Shown piece after piece: positions 26,828 through 36,236 of a stretch of 45,792 bases of DNA. Origin of the DNA: a virus (Duplodnaviria > Caudoviricetes); IMG/VR virus record IMGVR_UViG_3300037423_000471, positions 1 to 45,792 of that record. One strand, written 5' to 3'. A model generated the notes under the pieces. It saw only the letters and a program-made list of their open reading frames with translations, made no database searches and was not told the DNA's origin. The translations under genes and the position numbers were made by a program. Numbering within the stretch: position 1 is the stretch's first letter; each line of letters starts with the position of its first letter.

Positions 26828-27193
26828 TTAGTCTACCGCCTTCCGAACGCTTGCGGCTAGATGTTTGATATACTTGTCCGCGTTTTCCTTGAACGGTTGC
26901 TCCAAGTATTTGGCCTGTCCACCTTGTGGATGCCTATACTCTAGTTCCTCGTGTTGGCGTACAGCGTAAGGGGTATTGAAGCTTACCGTTGCCGTATTGC
27001 TATTCTCGTCAATGTCTACTGCACCACTGCCGCGCAAATCTCCGGTATCAACGGGGGCCAATTGAACAGCTTTTCCAAGAAGGTCGAAAGCAACCTCTTT
27101 CAAGGCTTCCGGTGTAACTTTGCCGTCTATTTCCTTCAATTTAGCATCGAATGCCGCTTGAACCTCTCTGAGTCCTTTTAAGCGGCGACTCAT
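26828..27193 (-). CDS. HK97 gp10-like neck protein
   Basis: APVDTGDLRGS, NTPYAVRQHE, GQAKYLE. Confidence 0.85.
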   Translation of the reverse strand: MSRRLKGLREVQAAFDAKLKEIDGKVTPEALKEVAFDLLGKAVQLAPVDTGDLRGSGAVDIDENSNTATVSFNTPYAVRQHEELEYRHPQGGQAKYLEQPFKENADKYIKHLAASVRKAVD

Positions 27194-27486
27194 AGACGCA
27201 CCTCGTAAAAGAGAATATCACCGTCTAAGTCTGCTTGATTAGCCACGGTCAAAACGGGATATTCCACGCTGTCAATAACAATAACGTCATCAGGTTTAAC
27301 GGCTGATACGGTGTAAACGCTGATTTCGCTCATGATTTGCTGCTTTTGCGAATCTCGAACCATGCGCCCTTTGTACTCGATCCGGCAATATATCGTTTCA
27401 TCAGCGGCGAATGATTGCTCGTTGTACTCGTTAACGCCCGTTTTCCGCTTCCATACGGCTGTTTGGTTCATGTATGCGCTAATCAT
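27190..27486 (-). CDS. Head closure protein
   Basis: Size and synteny. Confidence 0.7.
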   Translation of the reverse strand: MISAYMNQTAVWKRKTGVNEYNEQSFAADETIYCRIEYKGRMVRDSQKQQIMSEISVYTVSAVKPDDVIVIDSVEYPVLTVANQADLDGDILFYEVRL

Positions 27487-28019
27487 ACAATCACCGCGCC
27501 ACCGTTAGTGTACTTGCTCATTAGTTGCATAGCCGTAGAGGATAACAGTTTGAATGACCGTGTAGAACCGCCTGAGAACGATTCTGAGAGGTTTCCAAGA
27601 CTAAAGGATGTTACCCCTTGCCGCTGCAATTCCTCGCGTTTATTCGCCTCTGAGCCGTTCTTAATGAGCGCCAAGGCTTCCTCGCACACAGCGTTCAACA
27701 CCGCGTTATCCACTTCCGTTTCTGCGACCCATCCCGGCAAACGCCGAATGGAATGATTAGATAACGGATTGTCTAAATAGGTGTTTTGATACGTTGTGGA
27801 ATGCGAGTATAAAGCACGTGGGAACTCTAGCGTTTGTTCGGGATCGGCTTTGACACCGCGAATCATCAGCGAATCAATGCGCCTTGTCGCTAACCGCAAC
27901 GCCTTTTCCTTTGTCGCGTTATCCGTAGTTGTCCACGGATCAGGATAAAGGACACCGCTGAAATACGTGTCCGCGTCCGTAACGCTTATATAGCTGTCTG
28001 TGCCAACAGTAAGAGACAT
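27483..28019 (-). CDS. Head-tail adaptor protein
   Basis: SYISVTDADTYF, KEKALRLATRRID, QTLEFPR; synteny. Confidence 0.75.
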   Translation of the reverse strand: MSLTVGTDSYISVTDADTYFSGVLYPDPWTTTDNATKEKALRLATRRIDSLMIRGVKADPEQTLEFPRALYSHSTTYQNTYLDNPLSNHSIRRLPGWVAETEVDNAVLNAVCEEALALIKNGSEANKREELQRQGVTSFSLGNLSESFSGGSTRSFKLLSSTAMQLMSKYTNGGAVIV

Positions 28020-28021
28020 GG

Positions 28022-28231
28022 TTATGCCCCCTCTTTTTCTGCGATTTCCTTCTCCAATGTTTCAATGCTCTTAACGTGCCAAGACTTAATCCCTAGAGAT
28101 TTCGCCTTGTCCCGCAGAGCCTTTTCGATGATTTCAGCATCGTTTGTTTGTGCCGTTTGCTCTTGTTGCTGTTCTTGCGCCTCTCTAGCCGCTTGTTCAC
28201 GGCGTAGACGTTGGAAAGCTGTAGCGCCCAT
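28022..28231 (-). CDS. Small head-region protein with HeH/Rho-N-like C-terminus
   Basis: MGATAFQRLR; LRDKAKSLGIK...LEKEI. Confidence 0.65.
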   Translation of the reverse strand: MGATAFQRLRREQAAREAQEQQQEQTAQTNDAEIIEKALRDKAKSLGIKSWHVKSIETLEKEIAEKEGA

Positions 28232-28250
28232 ACTTTACACCTCCAAACGT

Positions 28251-28290
28251 AAAAACGCCTGAGAGGGGCTGTAAACCCCTCTACAAGCGT
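28251..28290 (-). terminator. Terminator after major capsid gene
   Basis: ACGCTTGTAGAGGGG-tttacag-CCCCTCTCAGGCGTTTTT. Confidence 0.8.
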
Positions 28291-28307
28291 CTAGGAATAA
28301 TTAAATA

Positions 28308-29273
28308 TTAAGCCGATGGTGCGATAAGGTGAACGAACTTCACGATACGAACGTTTTTGTTTTCATATACGCGAGTCCAGTTAGCAGCAGTAGCCAGTTC
28401 TGCATTAGTCGGAGCAGCACCCGCAACCGAGGAACCTGTGAATTTAACGCCGCGAGGGTGAAGAATGAACGCTTGACGGTTCACCAAGATGTCATCCCCT
28501 GCGAGAATGTCGCGGTCTGTCTCGGTAGCGTTCTTAGCCATACCGTTGCCAAGGCCAATAGCACCTTGACCAAACAGGTAAGTTGTATAAACGCCCGTCG
28601 AAGGTGTCAAACCGTCATCCACAATTACACGGTATCCGAGGTATGTTGGAATTTTCACCTTACCCTCAGCTTGTGGAATGAACTCGATGAGGTTATCTTG
28701 TTGCAACTTAGTGAATACAGCCGAGTGCATGGCGATTGCGGTCAGTTTGTCCGCGCTGTCACCCATCAACTGTTTAGCGTCGAGAACCGTTGTTCCGCTG
28801 ATAACGCCAGCAGCACCGGATTCGCCGGAAATGTCGTGAACGTTGCCGCTCATGGAAGCCGCGCCGAATACACCGGACAAGATGGATTTCAGCATGGATT
28901 GACGGTCACGCGCCCAATAGTCAGCAACCAAGTCGCCAATAGCCGCCATAGGATCGGAACCCGCGAGAACGTGAGCCAAGTCGTTTGTGCTCCATGCTTT
29001 ACCGCGAAGGTTAAGCACAGCAACGTCTTGGTCAGCAGTGATTTTTGCCGGAGTCAATGCGCCGGAATCGCTCAGAACTTCGGAAGCACCGGACAGGTCA
29101 TTCCAAAACGGCATGTTAATGTACTTGCCGCCACCCATAGCGAGTGCGTCCAATTGTGGATCGTTGGAAATAATACCGGATTGTACGAGTGCGGACAGTT
29201 CCGCTGTGCGCTGAATTACATAAGGATTAAATTTAGAAGGAACAATTACATCACTGATTTGTGTCTTTGCCAT
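28308..29273 (-). CDS. Major capsid (SPP1 gp13-like coat) protein
   Basis: TQISDVIVP..FNPY, INMPFWNDL, AGSDPMAAIGDLVADYW, ILHPRG. Confidence 0.92.
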   Translation of the reverse strand: MAKTQISDVIVPSKFNPYVIQRTAELSALVQSGIISNDPQLDALAMGGGKYINMPFWNDLSGASEVLSDSGALTPAKITADQDVAVLNLRGKAWSTNDLAHVLAGSDPMAAIGDLVADYWARDRQSMLKSILSGVFGAASMSGNVHDISGESGAAGVISGTTVLDAKQLMGDSADKLTAIAMHSAVFTKLQQDNLIEFIPQAEGKVKIPTYLGYRVIVDDGLTPSTGVYTTYLFGQGAIGLGNGMAKNATETDRDILAGDDILVNRQAFILHPRGVKFTGSSVAGAAPTNAELATAANWTRVYENKNVRIVKFVHLIAPSA

Positions 29274-29296
29274 TGGCTAAAGACCTCCTTTTTGTA

Positions 29297-29926
29297 TTAG
29301 AGTTTATAACCCGCCGCTGCCGCTAATTGAGCGGCTAAGGTTGGGTTATCACGTTCGAGTCTTGCTTGTTCGGTTAGGTTAAATGTTCCAGCCGCTCTGT
29401 CGTAAGGGTTTCTCATGCCACCCGTACCACCGGGAGGATTGAAACCGCCGCCGCCCTGTTCTTCTTCCCCGAATAGGTAAGCGTCCGACTTTTTCAGCGC
29501 GTCTAGTTGCTCCGTCAGACCGATGAGGTTTTCACCGTCAATCTTAACCTTGTCAACGGATAGAAGAGCTTTGACCGCTTTCGGGTTCTTCGCCTTCGCT
29601 TTGTCGAGTGCCTTTTCTAGCGCAAAGTCGAAAGCCTGTTGTTCAAGCTTCTTTTGCAAATCAGCCGTAGCCGCTGTATTAGCCGCCTGTAAGTCTGCAA
29701 TCTGCTTCTGCAACGCTTCATTTCCTGCCGCCTGAGTTTTAAGCGTCTCTAGCTGCGTTTCGTGCGTCTTGATCGTTTCTTTTAGTTGCTTGTTCTCAGT
29801 GTTCACCGCGTCGAACTTTTCCTTGGGGAACCAATTACCGTCACTGACAACAGCGATTTTCTTATCCCCTACTTTTGCGGCTATCTCAGGTGTGTATAAG
29901 TCGCCTAACAGTTCTTTTAAGTCCAT
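29297..29926 (-). CDS. Scaffolding protein (Phage GP20 family)
   Basis: WFPKEKFD, coiled coil, AKAKNPKAVKALL, GLTEQLDALKKSDAYLF. Confidence 0.88.
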   Translation of the reverse strand: MDLKELLGDLYTPEIAAKVGDKKIAVVSDGNWFPKEKFDAVNTENKQLKETIKTHETQLETLKTQAAGNEALQKQIADLQAANTAATADLQKKLEQQAFDFALEKALDKAKAKNPKAVKALLSVDKVKIDGENLIGLTEQLDALKKSDAYLFGEEEQGGGGFNPPGGTGGMRNPYDRAAGTFNLTEQARLERDNPTLAAQLAAAAGYKL

Positions 29927-29956
29927 ATCGTTTCACTCATCCTTTTAGTTTTTTTA

Positions 29957-29999
29957 GCGTGTTACCCGCCACGCGAAGGATTGTGCTTAACCCGCACAA
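29957..29999 (-). promoter_or_regulatory. Tandem hairpins in scaffold leader (candidate cis-regulatory RNA)
   Basis: TTGTGC-GGGTTAA-GCACAA and GCGTG-GCGGGTAA-CACGC. Confidence 0.5.
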
Positions 30000-30027
30000 G
30001 GGCAATATAAAAGGGCCAGCGGAACTC

Positions 30028-30351
30028 TCATCCGTGGCCCATCGTTTGAAGTTGTCTGATTGCTTCTTGCTCTGTTGCAAAGTAACCAACGAACTTACCT
30101 TTAACAGTAACCCGCCATTTCTTTTTAGCTCCGATCCAACTAACACCGACAACCTTTTTAGGTTGTTCTTTGCGCTTGATGATTAGCATTGTACCAAGCT
30201 CCTGCAATTGCTTACCAACCGGACAAACCTGTAAACAATGCCGATCTTTTGCGCTGTACTCGTCAGATGTTCTATCGGGTCGGTTAGGGCATCCTTTACA
30301 CTTGGTATCTATAACCTCGCTAATGGTTTGTAAGACCGTTAACCGTGTCAT
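30028..30351 (-). CDS. Zinc-finger plus AP2-like domain protein
   Basis: CKGC...HCLQVCPVG then GVSW....KKWRV...VGYFATEQEA. Confidence 0.7.
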   Translation of the reverse strand: MTRLTVLQTISEVIDTKCKGCPNRPDRTSDEYSAKDRHCLQVCPVGKQLQELGTMLIIKRKEQPKKVVGVSWIGAKKKWRVTVKGKFVGYFATEQEAIRQLQTMGHG

Positions 30352-31391
30352 TGTTTGCTGAACTCCCTATAATCGGATTGCAAGTCAACCCATCGCTGAG
30401 AATTAGCCTCTTTCATACGCCTAAAGCCCGATAGCGTCTTGGGTGCGTCTTCGCCTAGTGCGAGTTTGTACCGCTCCCATTGTTGCCTATCTAATCGGAG
30501 TCGCCGCTTGTCTGCTTGGTCTTTGTTGTAGCGTTCGATTGCTGTTTTAGAGCGTGTCTCCATATCAAAGGAGCGGTTACTATAAGCCAAGTCACTGTTA
30601 AAATCGTCTGCAAGAGCGGGAACATATGGCGCGATGACGTGTCTACAATTAGGGTGGATATTTGCATAGCCGCCACTATAAGCAATAGAAAGTGAAGGAA
30701 AGTCAGAACTTTTACCACTGATACTATACACCCTTCCTTGGTACACCGCGCATATAGCGCACGTGGTGGCGTGTGAACTCATCTTAACGAGGTCATAGCC
30801 GTTATTCGTCAATTGGTTCATGGTTCCAGTGTTGGTCGCTTCTCTCGTGGTAGAACGTGCAACAGTAGCCGCGTAAGCATCAAGAGAAATCATTCTGCCG
30901 CGCTTATCACGAATACCGTTTAAGCCCTGATCCACGAGCTTTTTCACGAGTGCCTTTTTCATTTCGCGCACCGTTGAACCTGTGGCGAACTTCTGCTGTG
31001 CTGCTTCTAATCCGGCTTGTCTAACTGAATCCTCGATCTGTCTGCCCACGAATGAAACGCCGCTGAACAACATCGATTGAGTATTAGCCATGAGCAACGC
31101 GATTACACGCGCGTTCAGCCTCGCAAATGTCTCAGGAGTGTTAACACTCACACCCATACTTTGGAGGGCTGTAAACGCCTCCTGTGCGCCCATACCGTAT
31201 GCCTCGTTGATAGCTTCCATTGCCCACGTAGCGGAATAGGCGTTAAGCTCCATTAGCACCTGTCGAACCTGTTTGAGCAACGTTTCTTGATACCATGTCA
31301 CGCTGCCACGAGCTTCTTTGTAGGCTATCAGGTTAATCAGCGTTTGTTGTGCTTCTTGGTATACTTTTATTAAGCGTTCCTCATTGGTCAA
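30348..31391 (-). CDS. Minor capsid / head morphogenesis protein
   Basis: SSH...CAICAVYQGRVYS, HPNCRH. Confidence 0.88.
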   Translation of the reverse strand: MTNEERLIKVYQEAQQTLINLIAYKEARGSVTWYQETLLKQVRQVLMELNAYSATWAMEAINEAYGMGAQEAFTALQSMGVSVNTPETFARLNARVIALLMANTQSMLFSGVSFVGRQIEDSVRQAGLEAAQQKFATGSTVREMKKALVKKLVDQGLNGIRDKRGRMISLDAYAATVARSTTREATNTGTMNQLTNNGYDLVKMSSHATTCAICAVYQGRVYSISGKSSDFPSLSIAYSGGYANIHPNCRHVIAPYVPALADDFNSDLAYSNRSFDMETRSKTAIERYNKDQADKRRLRLDRQQWERYKLALGEDAPKTLSGFRRMKEANSQRWVDLQSDYREFSKQ

Positions 31392-31888
31392 AAGAACCCA
31401 CTCCGAATAGTTAAAATCTTACCCGCGTACCGTTCACGGAACTTGCACACGTTTATTCCTTCGGGATTTCCTGCGGTGTGTACCATGTACGTATCATCAA
31501 GAGCCATGCCGACATGATCCGCGACACCTGTTTTATCCCTGTCGATGATAACCAAACACCCGAATGTAGCAACGTCCACCGCTTGCCCTAATGCGGCTTG
31601 TTGTCGGCTCGTGCGCGGTAACTTTACTCCCGCTTCGCTGAATATCTGCTGCATAAGCGACGAACAATCAAAGGCTTTATCGTTCACCCACTCAGCACCG
31701 AATTTATACGGTACTTTGATTGCTTGGAAGCGTAAAGCGGCTAGGAGTGCAATATTAGCCGTTTGAGTCTTTCTCAGGTCTATGATAAGGCCGTTTTGGT
31801 TCTCTATGGTTGAAGTAGCCAATGCGTTGTATGATTCAAGGGAATGTGCTTCCGAAATGGCTTGTTGTAATGTGTCAATTATGCTCAT
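31388..31888 (-). CDS. NlpC/P60 (C40) peptidase
   Basis: PYKFGA, FDCSSL, LPRTS, DHVG, VHTA (Cys-His-His). Confidence 0.88.
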   Translation of the reverse strand: MSIIDTLQQAISEAHSLESYNALATSTIENQNGLIIDLRKTQTANIALLAALRFQAIKVPYKFGAEWVNDKAFDCSSLMQQIFSEAGVKLPRTSRQQAALGQAVDVATFGCLVIIDRDKTGVADHVGMALDDTYMVHTAGNPEGINVCKFRERYAGKILTIRSGFF

Positions 31889-32066
31889 TCTCGTCCACTT
31901 CCTCGCATAGTTGTATGGATGTTATACCGCATTCGAGCAAATAAGCAATATGAAGGTTTAATATAGCCGCTATAGCGTCACCGTCGATGAAAATCCCGTA
32001 TTCTTGGGAAAGCAACTGAGTCTGTATAAAGTCGATTGCTTCACGTGTAAACTCATCTTTTCCCAT
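31875..32066 (-). CDS. Hypothetical protein, 63 aa
   Basis: AAGGTGGTG RBS. Confidence 0.6.
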   Translation of the reverse strand: MGKDEFTREAIDFIQTQLLSQEYGIFIDGDAIAAILNLHIAYLLECGITSIQLCEEVDENEHN

Positions 32067-32079
32067 AGGACACCACCTT

Positions 32080-32403
32080 TTACGGGTTTAGGAGCCTTTC
32101 TAAACGAATGATTTCCTTTTGCTGATACTGAACAAGGTCGATCAATTCCTCTAACGCCATGAGCCGCCAATCATATTTATCATCGGGGCAATCGTCTAAA
32201 GTGTGTCCGTATTTGGCTAGACCTTTGGAAGTTTGTTTCTCTAACAGTTCAATGATTCGGTTCATCACCGTTTTACTGCCGATACCAACGACACCCACAA
32301 CAACAGGACGGTGAACCAAGTCATGAAGCGAACCTTTGCATATTTCGCACTTAAAATAACCATTCCCTTTAGGCGTTGAAGGAACTCCGCAACAATTCAT
32401 CAC
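32080..32403 (-). CDS. Hypothetical protein; N-terminal Cys cluster and KG..KYG.TL/EELID all-alpha motif
   Basis: ORF track; motif reminiscent of small all-alpha NTP-PPase-like phage proteins. Confidence 0.6.
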   Translation of the reverse strand: MMNCCGVPSTPKGNGYFKCEICKGSLHDLVHRPVVVGVVGIGSKTVMNRIIELLEKQTSKGLAKYGHTLDDCPDDKYDWRLMALEELIDLVQYQQKEIIRLERLLNP

Positions 32404-33812
32404 TCATCACCATTCGGCGGCTTGTTCTCACCGTTAAAAGGCGTTTTAATGCCTAACATTGGGTTTGCCGCTTCTTCTTCCTCTTGGATTTGTTTCAGTT
32501 CGTTCTCAGCGTCTTCCTCGTTCATTTGGTCGAACGTCTGCACAGCCCGTTTAACGCTCATTGTAGGCTTATTTCCGGTGCGTGTTGCCATTATCTCGGC
32601 TTCCTCTTTCGGATCGCTTGGAAGGCCATCCATGAACGTTATAGACACATCTTGAAGCGGTATAATATCCTTGCCGCCAAGCTGCGAACAAAGCACAATA
32701 GCCTTTTCTAGTGCTGGCTTGAAGCGCATAGCCATGCGTTTAGCCTTAGCGAGTGGTGAAACGAGTTTCAACTTCAACGCTGTTCCACTCAATACGCCGC
32801 CACTCTCGCTCTTGTCCCCTAGCAAGTGGCTGCCCGCTTCGGATATAGCGTGAAGGGAGTTTATCAGAAGTTCAATTTGCTTAAAGTTAGCGTCTAATTG
32901 CGCGTCCCAAACGATATATTCCGTAGGCGCATCGTCTTTACCATCACGAGGGAAGAAGTTCCCCATTTTAAGTTTGAAGTCGCCCGTTACCGGATCGCGT
33001 TCCAGTGCGCTTGTAGGGCCGCTGACGCTCGGTGCTGCGTGTTTGTCGAGTATGCGGCTAATCTGCCCCACACGAACTAATAACTCGCTCACAATGCTGT
33101 CTAGCGGGCTATAATCGTCTAAGCCGTGAACACGGTCGCTCGTCATAGCATTATGGAATGGAATCACCGCGAAATCATCAAGCCCCGTTGGTATGCTCTG
33201 CTTGTGGCTTACCACTTCTTTGATGATGTTCGATTCAAGCAAAAACACAGTCTCATCATAGAAGCCGGCACGATGCACACGGACGTTCAAGTATACCGCT
33301 TCGCCCACGTTGTACGTAGTCCAGAGAACGTGATACAACGTCTTCTTGATGTTCATCGGGTCTACAACAGGGAACCATGCTCCCGGCTGCGTTACGTCGA
33401 TCATGCCCTTGTCACCGTCTTTATAGACAATCATTACACCGTCGCCATAGCGGCTCGTGTCTATTGCGGTTTCGTGTGACTTCGGATGTAGTTTGGTGTT
33501 CTTCTTGATCGTATCCGCGCTTAACTGCTCTTTACTATCGTGCTTACCCGCTTTTATCTGCGGTTCCTCACCCACGAGCAAGTCAGCTTGTTTAAGCGAC
33601 AATAGCCGCTGATAGTTGATAACGGCAGCATAAGACACCACGTTCTCAAAGTTGCCGACAACACGTTCTATTCGCTTGAACGCTTCGTGATACTCGGATG
33701 CGTGTTCGCCCTCGAATATGGCTTTGTTATGCCGGATGAGTTCAAGCCGTTCTATTTCACTCTTTGGAGGCCATGATTGCCCGATATTAAGGAATGACAA
33801 GTCTGTTAGCAC
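32400..33812 (-). CDS. Portal protein (SPP1 gp6-like)
   Basis: Size, position after TerL, SGTALKLK, EDAENELKQIQEE. Confidence 0.88.
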   Translation of the reverse strand: MLTDLSFLNIGQSWPPKSEIERLELIRHNKAIFEGEHASEYHEAFKRIERVVGNFENVVSYAAVINYQRLLSLKQADLLVGEEPQIKAGKHDSKEQLSADTIKKNTKLHPKSHETAIDTSRYGDGVMIVYKDGDKGMIDVTQPGAWFPVVDPMNIKKTLYHVLWTTYNVGEAVYLNVRVHRAGFYDETVFLLESNIIKEVVSHKQSIPTGLDDFAVIPFHNAMTSDRVHGLDDYSPLDSIVSELLVRVGQISRILDKHAAPSVSGPTSALERDPVTGDFKLKMGNFFPRDGKDDAPTEYIVWDAQLDANFKQIELLINSLHAISEAGSHLLGDKSESGGVLSGTALKLKLVSPLAKAKRMAMRFKPALEKAIVLCSQLGGKDIIPLQDVSITFMDGLPSDPKEEAEIMATRTGNKPTMSVKRAVQTFDQMNEEDAENELKQIQEEEEAANPMLGIKTPFNGENKPPNGDE

Positions 33813-33825
33813 GTTTCAGCCCCCT

Positions 33826-34209
33826 TTATTTTTCCTGCACAATAACAGTAGCGTTATAAATGACTGTGCGCTTTCCGTTTAGGTCAAAAAGAACCTTGTT
33901 CCCGTATTCATTTTCTTTAACATCGATTTTACCGTCATATGTTTTGATCAACTTCCCAGTCATGTCGTACACTTCAACAGTTCGCGTTAACCCGCCTGTT
34001 GTGTTGGATGTGAAATCCTTTAATGCCCTTGCTCCCTGTGCGGTTATGGTAAAGTGAAGAATGATAAAAATAATGCCGATGATAAGCGTGGAAAAAGAGC
34101 CGCCTTTGATCCACACATGCGTTTTTTCATCACTATAAGCACTAACGCCCCAAATAACAAAACCAACGATAGACATAACTATAAAAAGAGCAGCTAAACC
34201 CGAAAACAT
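33826..34209 (-). CDS. Two-TM membrane protein inserted between TerL and portal
   Basis: Two N-terminal TMs, GGLTRTVEVYD..G domain; GGAGGT RBS. Confidence 0.75.
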   Translation of the reverse strand: MFSGLAALFIVMSIVGFVIWGVSAYSDEKTHVWIKGGSFSTLIIGIIFIILHFTITAQGARALKDFTSNTTGGLTRTVEVYDMTGKLIKTYDGKIDVKENEYGNKVLFDLNGKRTVIYNATVIVQEK

Positions 34210-34230
34210 AATAATTACCTCCGATTGTCT

Positions 34231-35817
34231 TTATAAGTTCACTGTAACAACACCCAACCCGAATCCTTTCTTCTGTAGCATCTCGCATATGCCCGTTATA
34301 GCGTCTGCTGCGTCATCGTGCTTGTTTTTGCCCTCTTTTTGATACGTTGTGACAGCTTGATAAAAGTCAGGCCATTTATCAGCCCAATTCACAGGGAAAT
34401 ATACATGTTCCTGTACAAAGTTGCTCATAGTAAGGATACGAGCCTTTTTATTTGCGCTTTGATGGAACCATTTCACAACACAAAAGCGGCTCCTGTGCTT
34501 CTCCCACAAGATGCGTTCAACCGCTCTTGCATAGCCTCTGCCGCCGTTGTTTGATTCTATAAGAGCATAGTTCACATTGTTTTTAATCAGCATGTCGGCT
34601 CCTGCTGTCTCGGTCACTTCCATGCCTTCTTTGGTGTAAAGTACATCTGTAACATACAATTCACCGTTGTAAACACCACCAACGATAGAGGCGAGAAAGT
34701 CTTCTCCGGTGTCAGCCGTATCCGTGTAAGCAATAATACGTTCAAACAGCGGCTTGCCGTTCTCATCCTTCGGCACTTCTTTGTACGTTTTAAGCGTCTT
34801 ATACAATCGCCCTTGTAAGTCGATAGGCTGTTGATGAAAATTCGCATAAAAAATCTCCGGTAGCACATTCTTTTTAAGTGACTCATACCGATCCACGTCC
34901 AAGAGTGAAGGACACAGCATGTTATCGCCATACCGCGCTTCGAGCTTAAACACGAACCATTCGTCTGCCTCGGAGCCTTTGTTCTTCTCGTCTCCCAAGA
35001 TGCGTCCGCATATGTCACCGGATGCCCAACGAGTCATGTTAACTATCTGTATAGGTGTTTTTCCAGTGTTCTTATCCGTCTCTAAACGGCTGAGAAACGT
35101 CGATGTGTACCAAGTCCATATCGTTTCTAACCTGTTCTCGTTTAACGCTTCTTCCGCGTCTTTTATGGGATCATCGACTATAAGAATGTTCGCACCCGAT
35201 CCAGTAGCGGAACCCTCAACACCTACGCCCTTATAAGAGAAAAACTGCCCCTCTAATGCCCATTGTTTGTAGCTGCTGTTGCCGCTAGAAACCACGCTAC
35301 CGGGGAATATATCGTTATAGATGGTTTCATGCGGATACGTCTTAACATCCATGATACCGTCACGTGTGAAGCGTGAGAACGACTGAGCCATCGAGTCATT
35401 GTAAGATGCGGTCATAACCCGATTTTCAACGTTAACGCCCAATAGCCACTTGGTGAAGTTAACGAGTGTGCGGCTTTTACCTATCCTTGGAGGCTCGTTC
35501 ATAATCATTCGCGTGTAGATATAGTCATCACGCAAGCGGCTAACCATTTCCTTATAACCGTCTGTCTCAATGAACCAATCAGGGCATATATGAGAACAAG
35601 CCTTAGTAAAAGTGGCTTTAGTCAATCTCCGCTCATACAAGGCTTGAAGTACCCATGTCATAAGTTTAAGGTGCCAACGTTCCTCAGTGAAAAAGTTCTG
35701 ATCGGCTTTGCTGTTTATTTTACAGAACGTCCAAAAGTCTTTCCTAGCGTACCGGATCGCCTTTTGGCGTAACAACATCATTTTGTGATAAGCTAGTTCT
35801 TTTTGTTTTTCGGTCAT
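34231..35817 (-). CDS. terL: Terminase large subunit (start at 35817 or 35823)
   Basis: PPRIGKS Walker A, LIVDDPIKD, NMTRW, YTDTAD, IESNNGG, HDDAADA. Confidence 0.95.
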   Translation of the reverse strand: MTEKQKELAYHKMMLLRQKAIRYARKDFWTFCKINSKADQNFFTEERWHLKLMTWVLQALYERRLTKATFTKACSHICPDWFIETDGYKEMVSRLRDDYIYTRMIMNEPPRIGKSRTLVNFTKWLLGVNVENRVMTASYNDSMAQSFSRFTRDGIMDVKTYPHETIYNDIFPGSVVSSGNSSYKQWALEGQFFSYKGVGVEGSATGSGANILIVDDPIKDAEEALNENRLETIWTWYTSTFLSRLETDKNTGKTPIQIVNMTRWASGDICGRILGDEKNKGSEADEWFVFKLEARYGDNMLCPSLLDVDRYESLKKNVLPEIFYANFHQQPIDLQGRLYKTLKTYKEVPKDENGKPLFERIIAYTDTADTGEDFLASIVGGVYNGELYVTDVLYTKEGMEVTETAGADMLIKNNVNYALIESNNGGRGYARAVERILWEKHRSRFCVVKWFHQSANKKARILTMSNFVQEHVYFPVNWADKWPDFYQAVTTYQKEGKNKHDDAADAITGICEMLQKKGFGLGVVTVNL

Positions 35818-35981
35818 TGCCATATAACAAACCCCACAGCCACAATTGCAAATATTAATATGACGGACATTCCAATCGCATCTATCCAAAGTTTATATTT
35901 TATACAGTGATTAATGCCGTAAACGCCGATAATCACCGCGAATATAAGCATTGCAGAAGACCATATATCAAACTCCGTCAT
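35814..35981 (-). CDS. Small two-TM protein (MTEFDI start)
   Basis: GAGGT RBS; hydrophobic. Confidence 0.55.
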   Translation of the reverse strand: MTEFDIWSSAMLIFAVIIGVYGINHCIKYKLWIDAIGMSVILIFAIVAVGFVIWQ

Positions 35982-35985
35982 AACC

Positions 35986-36075
35986 TCACCCGCCGCACAA
36001 TTTATATATAGCGTAGACAATCAGTATCAAGCATATTTCGAGGATAAAGGCACAAAGCAAGCCGCGTATAATCAT
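35986..36075 (-). CDS. 29-aa single-TM peptide (MIIRGLLCAFILEICLILIVYAIYKLCGG), not in ORF track
   Basis: ATGA coupling to upstream ORF. Confidence 0.45.
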   Translation of the reverse strand: MIIRGLLCAFILEICLILIVYAIYKLCGG

Positions 36076-36236
36076 AAAATTTTATTTCCGTAATAACTAA
36101 CTAATGATTCAATTACTTTATCTTCCGTTATGCCCAACTCATTTGATATATAAGAAACGGCTTCCCTTTTCCCCATGCCGTCCATATTAACAAACCGTTC
36201 AAACAAAACAATTACATTTTGTCGCGGTTTTCTCAA
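36072..36236 (-). CDS. Hypothetical 54-aa protein (MRKPRQNVIV...), not in ORF track
   Basis: TTG start overlapping TerS stop, GAGG RBS. Confidence 0.5.
   Translation of the reverse strand: MRKPRQNVIVLFERFVNMDGMGKREAVSYISNELGITEDKVIESLVSYYGNKIL

Noticed and set aside
28329-29300. 323-aa plus-strand ORF opposite the capsid gene
   Set aside because: Codon-register shadow of a highly biased gene; no RBS or recognisable motifs. The same applies to most other plus-strand ORFs in the track.
35818-35889. Cys-rich N-terminal extension of TerL in the ORF track
   Set aside because: Overlaps the upstream membrane-protein gene; real start is likely 35817 or 35823.
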